Assembly: GCA_002633005.1 (NCBI GenBank)
Contig: NMRA01000248.1
Span: 496,274 to 560,273, forward strand
Direction: 5' to 3'
Source of the DNA: Phoronis australis
Taxonomy: Eukaryota > Animalia > Phoronida
Length of the DNA: 64,000 nucleotides
Part shown: positions 41,001 to 53,000 of the stretch, piece by piece
Numbering within the stretch: position 1 is the first letter of the stretch
Layout of the letters: every line of letters begins with the position of its first letter
Made by a program: the position numbers and the translations under genes
Notes under the pieces: generated by a model
Databases searched by the model: none
Told to the model about the DNA's origin: nothing
The model's input: only the letters and a program-made list of their open reading frames with translations

Positions 41001-44000
41001 ATTGTGTTAAGAATCCATTTTTCCGACGTGGTTCAACCCAGTGAACAGTAAGTGAGTTTGGTGTTCTGTCCTTGCACAAAACGTAATCTGGCATTTCCGG
41101 AACTGAAAGTGATGCAAGCGTATTTGGCTTCTCCGTGAACATAACACACATGCGAGATACATGAACGAGAGAAAAGCGGTAAACATACAGTAATTGGCTT
41201 CTCCTCTGAACATAGCACACGTGCAAGGTACATAAACGAAGGACAAGCCGTATGCATGGAGAATTTTACTTTTCCTCTGAACAAAACATACGTGCAAGGT
41301 ACATAAAGAAGGGAAAACGGTATTAGATTTTACTGAATGGTCAGATCAATTCCTGACCCTCCAGTGAATTCAAAACATAAAATATCAAGCTGTGCCTGAA
41401 ATTGCCAAACATACGCCCATGGGCGTACTTTTCGTGGGCCAACTTTTGGAAATACCTGGTACACAAATCACTGTACGTGCTAAAGTGTTTGACATGCTAT
41501 GTAGATCGTGCGACTTTACACAGACCACGTGAAGCCATCAATAACGTAGGTTTAATAAATACCTCCCTCTTCAACAGTCTGATAAATGGAACTGCTCCAA
41601 CTGCCCCAGTGGGAAGTCTTTGCCCGAATCTGTAACACGGATATCACAAAATACACATCTCTTCTTCCCTCGTGAAATCGCACAAATCTCAAATTCATAA
41701 TATTGGCACTGAAATACTGTAAGTGATGACCGGGGAGATGATGTTAGCTTCATGATTGAAATCATTGATAAAGATGTCTTCCAATGATAGACAGCACTTG
41801 AAGGAACATCTGGATGGCTATGATATACATTTGTCAAAATGATGCTAACTATTATTCACATACTCTACCATCTATTATCTTATCACAGAAGTTACAAAAT
41901 GCACCGGAAGTCACCGCCTTGAACCAAAGTCCTCGTCTCACAACAAACCCCAACTCCTTTAAGTTATCACCTGGTTAGTGTTGAAGGAGTTGACCGTGTT
42001 TCCGACTCATTATGATGTTTCGAACATTAATCAGTCTAAAATCAAGTCAGACCTCATAGGAAGGCGATAAGAATGACGAGTTAACCTCACCCTAAACTCG
42101 TATGTGTTCTTGATCTTCAAGTTAAGAAGCTTCAAAGAAGAACAATCCGTACACGTGGTTACGTTGTTGTCATCAGTGTCGTTAAGACTTTGGTAATTAA
42201 GCTGATATTCCCGTATGACGCCGTTGGGGGGACACGGTGGCATCCATTCAATAATGGCGAATTTTGGGTTCATGTCGACCACACTTAGGTTCTTCGGTGA
42301 TGGTGGAGCTATATTGTTTTTGTAAAAACGATGAGATGAGGCACAGAATAAGACAACGATGGATAAGTTTAAATGACAAAAGACGGATGGATTTTTAGTA
42401 AAACTGCACATTGTAATTGTAAAGAGGCATTCGTAAACTACTTAGGAAATGCATACACCACCGACAGATAGTCATCATGTCGTGATTATGAATGATATTG
42501 ACTGTGACTTACATACGTGACAGAGGATTATATTTACAATTTGACGTTCGCTCCATGCAAGTTTAATATAATTCCAAACCATTGGGCAGCTTTTTGTTCT
42601 AATTAAAATATACATAGAATAGCTATGAACAGGTTGAAACTTCAGACACGTTCAGTGTATGATAAAGCATCGGCAAACGTGACCATCAAAACTAACACTT
42701 GAGTTCACTGGTAACATTCATCATCCGTTGAAACTTCATACTTTAGTACAAGCTTGGTAGCCACACGATTGGTAAATTTTCAGCCAAGTCTTTGGCAAAA
42801 ATTAATAGTCTCGGGCCCAGGTCTAGCGACGGCGAGTCTATTGACATATGAAAATTTAAATCTTACCACTTTCCTTAGTGATATTACGCATCCAAGCACT
42901 CCAAGGTCCAGCCCGCTCTCCATTTACGGCACGCAATCTGAAACTGTAGGTCACGTAGGGTTGGAGGCGGTCAAACTTTTTTGAAAATCCACTGGTTGAG
43001 TCGGAGAGAAACTCCTTAGAAAGACAAGATGAGGCTTGTCTTTTTAGTTGCCATTCAAAGTTTCGAACATGCCCATTACGTGATGAGCAGGGTAGACTTG
43101 GCCAGATGAACCTCAAGGTGTTAGTGGAACGTTCTGAAATCCTGACTTTTGTCGGTGGTTCAGATGGTTCTGAAATCAAAATGTAATCACCAAACATCAA
43201 CAGCTTGTCAAATACATTATTTGTTTGAATGGTTCACAATACCAGAGCAGCCTTACAGTCCCATCGACACGTATTGCTATACAGAAAAGTAATACGACAC
43301 CAATTCATTTAGTTTCGAGAAAAAGCAGGAAGTATCACCGTCAATCAATAAACGTATGCATTTATACATTTCTGAGTTTCAATTTCAACAACTATAATTT
43401 TCAAACTCATCCACCTAAAGCTAAAGAGGGATTTATCTATTTTGTTTAAGACTTCTCTTGTCATTTGAACAGACTGGACGAATTAACGATTATTTCAGAA
43501 GTTACTGAAAGAAATAAAGTACTGCAATAATGTTTACATCTCAACATCATCTACTAACCGTAACTATGTGTATCCATGGTTACTGTTTCCTCCTCTCCAT
43601 CCAACTTTTCCGTTCTAGCTCGTACACTAATTTTGTAACGTGAGTACGGACGTAGGTTGTCCAATGAAGTTGTTAGTTCAGTAGTGGTGGCCGTCTTGGT
43701 GTCCTCTGATGGTTGGTCTGCAGTACCGCACGCTAGCACTTTGATGAGCCTGCACTGGATTATGTAGCTTTTCACAGGACACCCGTTGTTAACTGGTGCT
43801 GCCCATGTTAGGTTGATTGTAGCATGCGTGATTGATGAGCTTACCAAAGTCCTTACTTTGTTGGCCTCTAGAGAAAAAGAATACCTTAAATGAATTTCAG
43901 TTAACCACTTTAGCTTCATTAAATTGTGTGTTTTATGGATCAAGCAGGTAAAAATATTTCAGAGTTAATTCACCGCATCGACAGAGAAATATATAACAAA

Positions 44001-47000
44001 TAGACCAGATTTAAAAGAGAGCTTCAGTGGGTCAACTAGTCATTGACCAATAAATAAGACAATGTTTTCATAAAAGTATCAAACCATCAACACCTACTCC
44101 TGGAACCAAAACAGCCTACAATGTGAGCATGAATTAAAATCATAGAATAACTTATTCGGAAGAGATTTTTATATTTAAAATTATTAATGTAATATTTACA
44201 ATGATGGTAGCCCCAATCAGTTCACACTGCTTTCCATGGGGGCCCTCAGAAATATACAAAAGATTTCAAAATAAGCTAAACATATTTTACCAGAACTTCT
44301 AGACAGAATGATTTGACATTTGAGTGAAACGCTTGTCACAATAAAATATCACATCACATCAGTCAAAATTAAGTCCAATTCAGTGAAGCGCTATTGCATC
44401 CAGCCTCACCCGGATACGGCGCAAGATTACATACAGAAGGTGACTAGAATTATCTTTTTATTGGAGTTTTCTACAACCAAGTCCGTGGCGTGCATTGGAA
44501 AAATGTCAGTAACGAGACAAAAAGTCAAGTCCCCGAGCTATCTGTTAGCGATTTTTCGCAAGCCGACACGGACATGCAAACGGATTACGTACAGGTAGTT
44601 GGATCGGACGTAATATTGTCTGAAGTTGACTGTGGGTTATTTTGAAAAAGATCTTTGAAAGATAACCCTAATGCGAAGTATTTTTTCCAATTATTAACAA
44701 ATATGTTAAGAAACTCATGTTTCAATGAATTTTGATGTAGGTTGGAAATCATTGAAATCAACATCACCCCTCTTTCAAACAGAAAATTAAATATATTTCT
44801 TCAAAATCACTGGATAAAATTTAGAACGTCGGAAGGGGATTAGCCACAATCCTTAAAGAGGAAACGTTACTGCACGCAGCCCTTAATCTACCCTCTGACA
44901 TAGCGCCACCTACTGAAAAGTGAACCTGTGGAAACATCATGAGCGACACACAGAATTCCCTGTGTGTGCATCAGTGCGCATGCTTGGTCGGAAGTTTACA
45001 TGGCCACAACTTGCACGCGGCCTTCATGCACTGTACTTCTTTGGGCTTAAGCCAATGATCGGGGATCCCTTGATTTTGTTTACTTCGATCATTGCCCGTT
45101 TGATAAATTCAACTATGTAAGTCAAAGGTGGTCTCCATACTACTTAACAGTAAACTGAAAAGGGTTTCCCAGATTTCAACCAATAGGAATGGCTGAATAT
45201 TATGACGTCGGTCAAGCCACATTAAATAACATTTCACAGTGCTGCCTTTCGTAGTATTGCGAAAAAGTGTACACTTAGTCTTTATTGCGTCTGGAAGAGG
45301 CCCTTAATTGGGCAACACTAAGAAATTGAAATTTCGACCGAAAGTTTATGGAGACCTGTGAAATCTATATTGTATGCTTGGCTCCATCAACTACGTCCAG
45401 ATACGAATAGGACGAGTAATAGTGTTCCTTGACCTGAAGCAAGGTGTAGTTACATCAACACAAAGTATGAGAGCATTAAAACATATTGAGCATGTTGAAC
45501 TGAACAGATTTATTGAACTTGGAGATTTTGAGAAAGGTGTATTCCAGCTGACAGTATTTAACTGAAACAACAAGAATGGCTGAAACTGAATCGACAAACA
45601 TCATCAACAACAACGTCACCAGGGGGATGTTTGTGTACCAGCTAAAACGTAAAGAGGGCAACACAAGTTTGAATAATGTCAACGAGAAAAACACCACCAA
45701 AATAAAAAGAATCGAAATACCCACTTTTTTCGAGACTGGTAGTCGAATTCTCCTGTGAGACGTCCGAGTCAAAGTCTTTGTTGTGTGCTTGTATTTTGAA
45801 TGCCCACTCAGTGCAAGCTTTGGAGACGAAAGTTCTTTCCACTGTGCTGGACTGTATATTAGCTTCTCTTTCCCAGTGGGGCTGTATACTGTTTTTGTAG
45901 TACAGGGTGTATGTGCCTACTTCGTCGCATCGCCAATCAGGCACCTGTAACGTTGAATGACCGGTGACTCATACAAAATGAAGGACCTCTTTTGGAAACG
46001 ATTTCCTTATGAAAACTTAGTTCAAGTTGTTTTCCAAATGAAATATGGACAATAAGGACTCGGCAAACGAGAATCCAAAAATGCTAAGAAGCTACGATAG
46101 GAAATGAAGTGGTAGCTTGAATGACAGTTTGACACAAATGAAATAGTAGCAAGCGACATCTATAGGCTCCAAAATCAAAGTTACTTTCCTGATCAACTTA
46201 CATTCCACACGACGCGAATTTCGTTTGATTTCGAGGTCAGACGTAGGACTGGAAGTTGTGGAACTGAAATTGTCAAATGTTGAGAAACTAAACCCCAGTG
46301 TGTATGTTTCTGAGTTTTCTTTTAATTTACCAAGAAAATATCGTTTGTTGGCAAATAAAAATATTGCTCGTGGGCAACTGCATAGCGAATTCTTTTAAAA
46401 GACGTGTTCACGTTATAACGACAGAGGTCCCCATTAGACACATACGAGGTAAAGAAATGACGTCAAAGAATATGAAGCCTGCAAGTCAGATTCAATGTCT
46501 GGCGCAGTTGTTTAAAGCATTACTTTTCCTACGAAATCCACTTAGATCTATGTGTATCCATGAATTCCAAACATATTATTTCAACAGCTTACGCCCACAC
46601 GCTAATGCTCCGGAAGTGGCATTTCCCACGACATTGTTGTGGAGCTTTATTCTGATCCTTATTTGGTATTGGTTTGTGACGTCTGTCGATGGAATTGTAA
46701 ACGTCGTGACGGCATTGTCAACATCTTTACTCTGTGTCCACTCAGACAATGTCGCTAATTTATATTCCACAATGTACTTGTGAACTGGTCCAGCACCATG
46801 GTCAGTTCTGTTTGACCACAGACGCCAAGTCACAGTTATTTCAGTACGGCTCCGAGATATAGTAGGTGGATGGGAAAGACGAGCGACTTCTGCAAAAAAA
46901 GACCCTCAGTTACGGACACAATTACCGCTGTAACAACCAATCAATCGATTTGCAAGGGAACGTCAATCTCATGTTCTGCACTTTATGAAACTTAAATAAA

Positions 47001-50000
47001 CATAAGCGTGACTTTTGGGAGAAACGTAAGAAACGTTGAACGTGAGAATGTAGAAAACGGATCTTAAGGTTAAATAATAAAAGAACTTATCGACGCGTCT
47101 TTGAATTAAGCCACAATGATGCTTACTCACTGAAAGCCGAAGCGTCACAAGAATTATTACACTTTTTAATATTTACCAACCTACCTTTGATTGGATCACG
47201 TGACCATATCTTTCTAGTAAAATTTAGCAAAAAGAACACATTGATACTAAAACAGCGGAGACAATAGCACTAGTAAATTCATTGGATACACAAATAAATA
47301 AAAATGTTCAAGATGAAAGTTCATTTTACGCAAGTTTTGATTTTTTTCGTAGAAATCATTCAAGTCCGATAGTACCTTATGCAAAAGTGGAACACATTAA
47401 AAACAACCCTTTACAGAGTTTTGAAGAATAGATCCTAAACCATACAGAGTGCCTTGAAAGGGTCATATTAATCACTTTCTAAGTATGATGTTCAGAAGAC
47501 AGAAGACGTGGACATTTTTCTAGCGTCGTACACATTCTACATAATTATTGAAGTAAATCTTCGAATATGACTTAGAGGTTAACTTGACTGTTAAATTTTG
47601 TTATCCTACCAGTTTTACAATATGGCATCTTATATCCCTCCTGGCATGACGTGCACTCTCCTCTGAACTTGTCACATGGTCCACTCAGACAGTGACCACA
47701 TGCCTGAAGGCAGTCGGCACCATAGTAGTTGTCTGGACATTCTGGAATACACACAAACAATGCACTTTAAATCGACAAGCCCCATAATAACAGTAAACTC
47801 CATGTCTGAGTAATACTGTACGTTGCAAATATTTTAGAAAAATTTTACTCGTCCATATAGTCTTTCGATGAGACTCCAAACAGACAAGGTTATCTGTGNT
47901 GATCACAAACAATCAACTGAACTATTAAATCTTACCTTGATCACAGCCAATCAACTGACATATCAAATCTTACCTTGACCACATCCAATCAACTGACATA
48001 TTAAATCTTACCTTGATCACATCCAATTCCTTTAAAGCCAGTAGCACACGAGCATCCGTACGGGTCTATGGTACATACTTGTCGGTATCTACATCCTGTG
48101 TCTACGTCATCAGAACACTGCGAGGCGCAGTCATATCCAAATTTGTTTGGACCACATGCTGAAAGTTTATACCTTATGTAAAGCATTATAAGACAAGATA
48201 CAACTAGTTATCAATCCTTGCAGCATACACTAGGTCCACCTAAGAATTTGCCGCAAAGGCATTGTTTGAGTACCTTATGAGTTTTATAGAAGCAGGAAAT
48301 TTCCTTGGTGAGCGAAAAAGTTCGGTGCTGATGTCCATGTTAACGCTTGATTTTTGGCCTTTTCAGGTCACATACACATTAGTGTTATCGTAGAAAAGCT
48401 TGTTATTTATCTTACTTTTTTGAAAAAAAAACACGAAATTTTGACCCAAATCCAAACTCGAAACAAATTTGAAGAGTTGAGAGCTATTTCAGCCTTTGTC
48501 ATGACTTCAGGTCCACTAGCTGCACTGTTTATTCTACTTCGACTGGTTTTACATTGAGAAACGGGATTGGAGAGGTAATATTTCTGCTATCTTCAGTATA
48601 TCGGCAGCGTTACCCCATCTTCACGAATGGAGGTTGCTGTGCTCGTGTACCCCGTTGCATACCGGTCTATGAGTTTTTTAGTTCGCTATGTTTACCCGTA
48701 TTTTTGTAAAGGTTCTATAGACAAAATAATACACTCAAACACACATACATTCACAAGTCAAAGTACTTTTGCAGGCTTCAGCGAACGTGAAGATCGTTTT
48801 ATTCACCATTGCATCACCAAGTAAAATCCCCACAAGCCAGTTGACGAGGGTAGGTTTGAAAATTACTTGTACCTTCGGAACAGGACCTCCCCTTGAATCC
48901 TGGAGCACAGATGCACTCGCCGGTTATATCATGACATATCCCGCCATTGAGACAACTAGGACAGTCGTATTCACACAGTCCGCCATACTTTCCGTCTGGG
49001 CAAACTGAAAAATGTTTAAAGAAAAACTCGCACTAGAAGACATTCCACTGATATTTGCGAACAAAGATGAGAATATGATGTACCATAAAGACAGGTATTG
49101 AGGCCCAAGAGCCTAAATGTGAAGTTGCGGTTGTTACCAGAAATAGGAGCACACACTTGTATTTAGTGAAACTGAAGAGTACAGACATTCCTAAAATATT
49201 TTGAGAGTATAACATGACGTGACCTTTACAAAATGGCAGATATATTAAGACTAGACAAAAGCCGTACGAATATGACCCACGGCAAACCTTAGTTTATGGT
49301 TGAGCACAAATGCCCAGATGAATAAAATATTCTCGAAGAAACTTGAGATACGAATAATTTCGGACATGGGAAAATATGCTGTAGTAGAACCACTCAATAC
49401 CTTTCTCGCACTAGCAGTTGACTTGTGAACGGCATGGCGGCAAAAACATTAAAAACAGCGTTCTGAAGTTTCGTGAGCACGACACTGCTCAAAGACAACA
49501 AATTCGTTTAATCAAAATTGAAGTTAAGGATCGTCATTTTAAGCTAATTAATGTTTTTCAACTAACGATAGGCTCACACGATGCGAACATTGTTGGGAAT
49601 GTTATCATCCTGGACATCTCAGGTATTTTCGTAGCCTCAAAGTCCCCAGCTTTATCTGCGAATGCGTGGACTTCAGTCACATGGAAACTCGCGTGACTTT
49701 CTAACTGGCGATAGATTGGCCGCATTATTGAAGCTCGCAAATAGGCGGATAACTGTCACCCCAGAAAGGAAATTCGATGATTTCTCAGGTGCTCCGACAT
49801 GGCATGATCATCCTTACAAAAAGTTCAACTGACATGATGCGCGAACTAATGTCACGTGACCCACTCCGTGCATATACGCCACTCCCATGTGTCCCCCAGT
49901 ATCCTGTATTAGTTCGTAGCCTGTTGTCAGGAAGCTTGACATTCTCACAAATATGGGCAACATGTATTCCACGGAATGTCTTCTTCGAGACAAATAGATA

Positions 50001-53000
50001 GACAAGATATATAATAAGCGCGATTGAGTTACACATTGTTCCAACTCCGCAGAGAAGTGTTACTGCCACATTACGTATGTTATCTATGATTGCACTGCCC
50101 GGCTTTGAAAACGTTCTAGTGACAGTGGCCTGGTGGCAGTGATACGAACTATGTACATATTACATGGACGGAACATTCGAAATGACGGAGAAAGAATGAC
50201 TAGCCACTTCAGTGCCCGGATGTGTGAAACAGTTCCAGCATAGGCTCAACTTTGTCCCTTTTATGTTCAGCGTACAGTATTTGGGAAACTTGTTTACCCC
50301 CTGCAGTTTATTGGTCTCTAACTTTTACCAGTTCTGCGTTTACTTATAATACTGTCGATAAACACATCTGTCCACATTTCAATGAACAGGAGTCAAATCC
50401 TTAAATTAGGGAATGTTGTATAGAAATATCCATTTGATTTTCTATATTATCAAGAATGAAACGTACACGTTATTGAATTAGCGAGTGTAACAGTTGCTGA
50501 AAGTGTCTTAGAAGCTCATCGCAAGTTGAGGCTTCGCAGCACTGGCTGAAGCGTAAAACAGACATTATGTCGGACGTTTTTTTGAGTAGGCTTGTGAACG
50601 TACGGTCGAGATTATTAAAGCGATTAACTCGAACCAGTCTTCAGTCTATCGTCGCACCGAAAGCTATTAGCACCGGTTGATAACCATCTGCGNCACACAC
50701 ACACGAGGAAAAACGTGTCATACTGATTCGCACACGATGTAGGCCTACAAAACCTAGATGTATAAAAACTGTTTTGAATGACCAAGGCACGGGTTTTCCA
50801 CACTATCACTAAAGGTTGGCATACGTGTACGGGCCATTCCGGATTCACATGACTGTACCCCGTGATCTTTTTTTTAATTGCAGGCGGTCTGATACACGTT
50901 GTATCAGACGTGCGCAGGCCTCGCATGTGGGCCCATTGCACTGATCACCTGGAAATACTGTTATGCTTTATTGATATATGGTTAAAACCGAGCTGAGGGG
51001 CTAGAAACCTGGCTCAAGGGTTTAGCAGTGTGACCTGGTGGGACTTGAACCCACGACCTCGAGTAAAGAAAGTGGGCACTTATCAACCAGGCCACACTGC
51101 CTCCTCCCCCTTGATCTTTATTCAGATCGCAAATTAAACGAATAACAATTTTCAAACGCATTCTGGCAAACCCTAACTTCGTGTTGTGTGAACCTAGCTC
51201 TAAAGATTATCAGTGACGTCATTCTAAAACAAGTCTGCCTATTTTACGTTTACAACTCATTAGAATCAGAATCAACTGACATGCGATGTTTTCTGGCGCG
51301 AACGTAAACAGTAATATAGCAATTTCCTATGCTGTTCGGGGGAAATTTAATGACACGTTCGAAGATTTGCGTTCGGATACGTCACTGGGGTTCAGTGAAA
51401 TAAATATCAACTTCGCTCAAAACAATTCACTGTTGGAACTGAAAGTCGTTGACAATATGTAATCAAAATTACAAATCTGACGTAAGTTTAGTCTCCGAAT
51501 CACCCATGATCTTACAAGCTACAGTCTTGATTTTTTTATTTTTTTTTCAAGCTGCAGTTTTATTAACATAGCTAAAAATACTAGAAATCATTCAAAGGTC
51601 CAACCTAATTATTTTCAAGATTTACAAGCTTCTGACTCACCTCGCACAATGAGTCTGAAAATGCCTTTGATCTCCTGTGTGTTGCCTTGCTCAGTATAAA
51701 CGGTGTACACTCCTCCGTGACCCAACTCAACACTATCAATCGTCGGTTTTTGTTGGCCGGTCCAAAAGCTTGAGCCATCTATTAAAAACGATCCACCGTC
51801 CTTCTGCCATTTTACCCCACGCGATGAACCTTTGAAGTTGAATTGAACATTGCGAGCTCCAACACTTGTCCGTTGTGTTAGCTGATCTGACAAAAAGATC
51901 CAAAAACCGTCCAATTAAGAGTACAGAGGAATTGTAAATAAAGACTATCAGAACAACATAGACACAGTTACAATAGCGCCATACTTGATTTCATGTGAAA
52001 AGTAAAATAAGAAAACAACACAGAATACATGAAATAACAGACCAGTTCTACAGAATTTTTACTGAGACCACTATAAATGTGATATTGCATTGCTCTTTAC
52101 CCGGATTGGAGAAGATTTCTGGGCCTTATAAGTTGTCTTGTCACACATGTCATTTTATGTGACGAGCATATTCTTAAGTACTACTGAAATGTCACTTCTT
52201 TCATAACCCGGGAATCATTTCTCATCGCAGGTAAGACAGTTTTATGGCTGAAAATGGAGTACCTCGGTTTATCAGCACGTAGGCACAGCGTGGGGCAACG
52301 TAAGCTCGATGTACTCTGGGGAGGTCACATGATTCAGAAATATCGACCCTTACCTTGGGTACACAGCGGGACGCTGCACAGTTGCCACCGTTTATTACTA
52401 TCTATCGTGTAACACCATGGCCATTTTTCTCCTCCTTCATTTCTACAATAGTTTTCCTTGAAGCCATATTTCTCTGCATCGTGTTTGTGTGGGCTCTGGG
52501 AATCCCATCGTTGGCAGGTCAAATCATTCTCTGTTTTGTTACGGCGACCTCTGTAGGTCAATCCCAATGCGTTTTCTTTACAATCTCCTGGAAACTATGA
52601 CTTTTTAATGATTTGTTTAAAATTGATACATTACCGTTCGTGTCTGTAAAGAAAACGAAGTGTAAGTGGTGACATCAACATGAGCTGCATACGGTAACTT
52701 CTCAAATAATAGATATAAATTGGAACAAGCTGGAACACAGTTACACGCTTCTGAAAATGTATTGTATATTAACTTACACAGCTCCATTTCCACGCCGCAT
52801 AATAAATATTAAATTCATTACCACATGTCAAAGTATTCATCTGAAAAAATGATGGTAATTGGCACACCCTCTAGTGGCAGATGAATGATGTGCAAAAATT
52901 TAATAAGGAAAGATCCCGGATTAAACTTGCAATTTCACCAGTTTATATTTTGACATGTCGAGCAAGCAGTGGAATGGAAACTGAGGTGAAAATAAATGAT

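Noticed and set aside
45391-45561. Possible extra FN3 exon (LNTVSWNTP...)
   Set aside because: Wrong phase for the upstream donor, it runs into stops, and the gene frame is complete without it.
51031-51104. Functional tRNA gene
   Set aside because: The acceptor and anticodon stems do not pair properly and the sequence continues into a SINE-like body; the 8163-8215 segment likewise lacks an anticodon arm.
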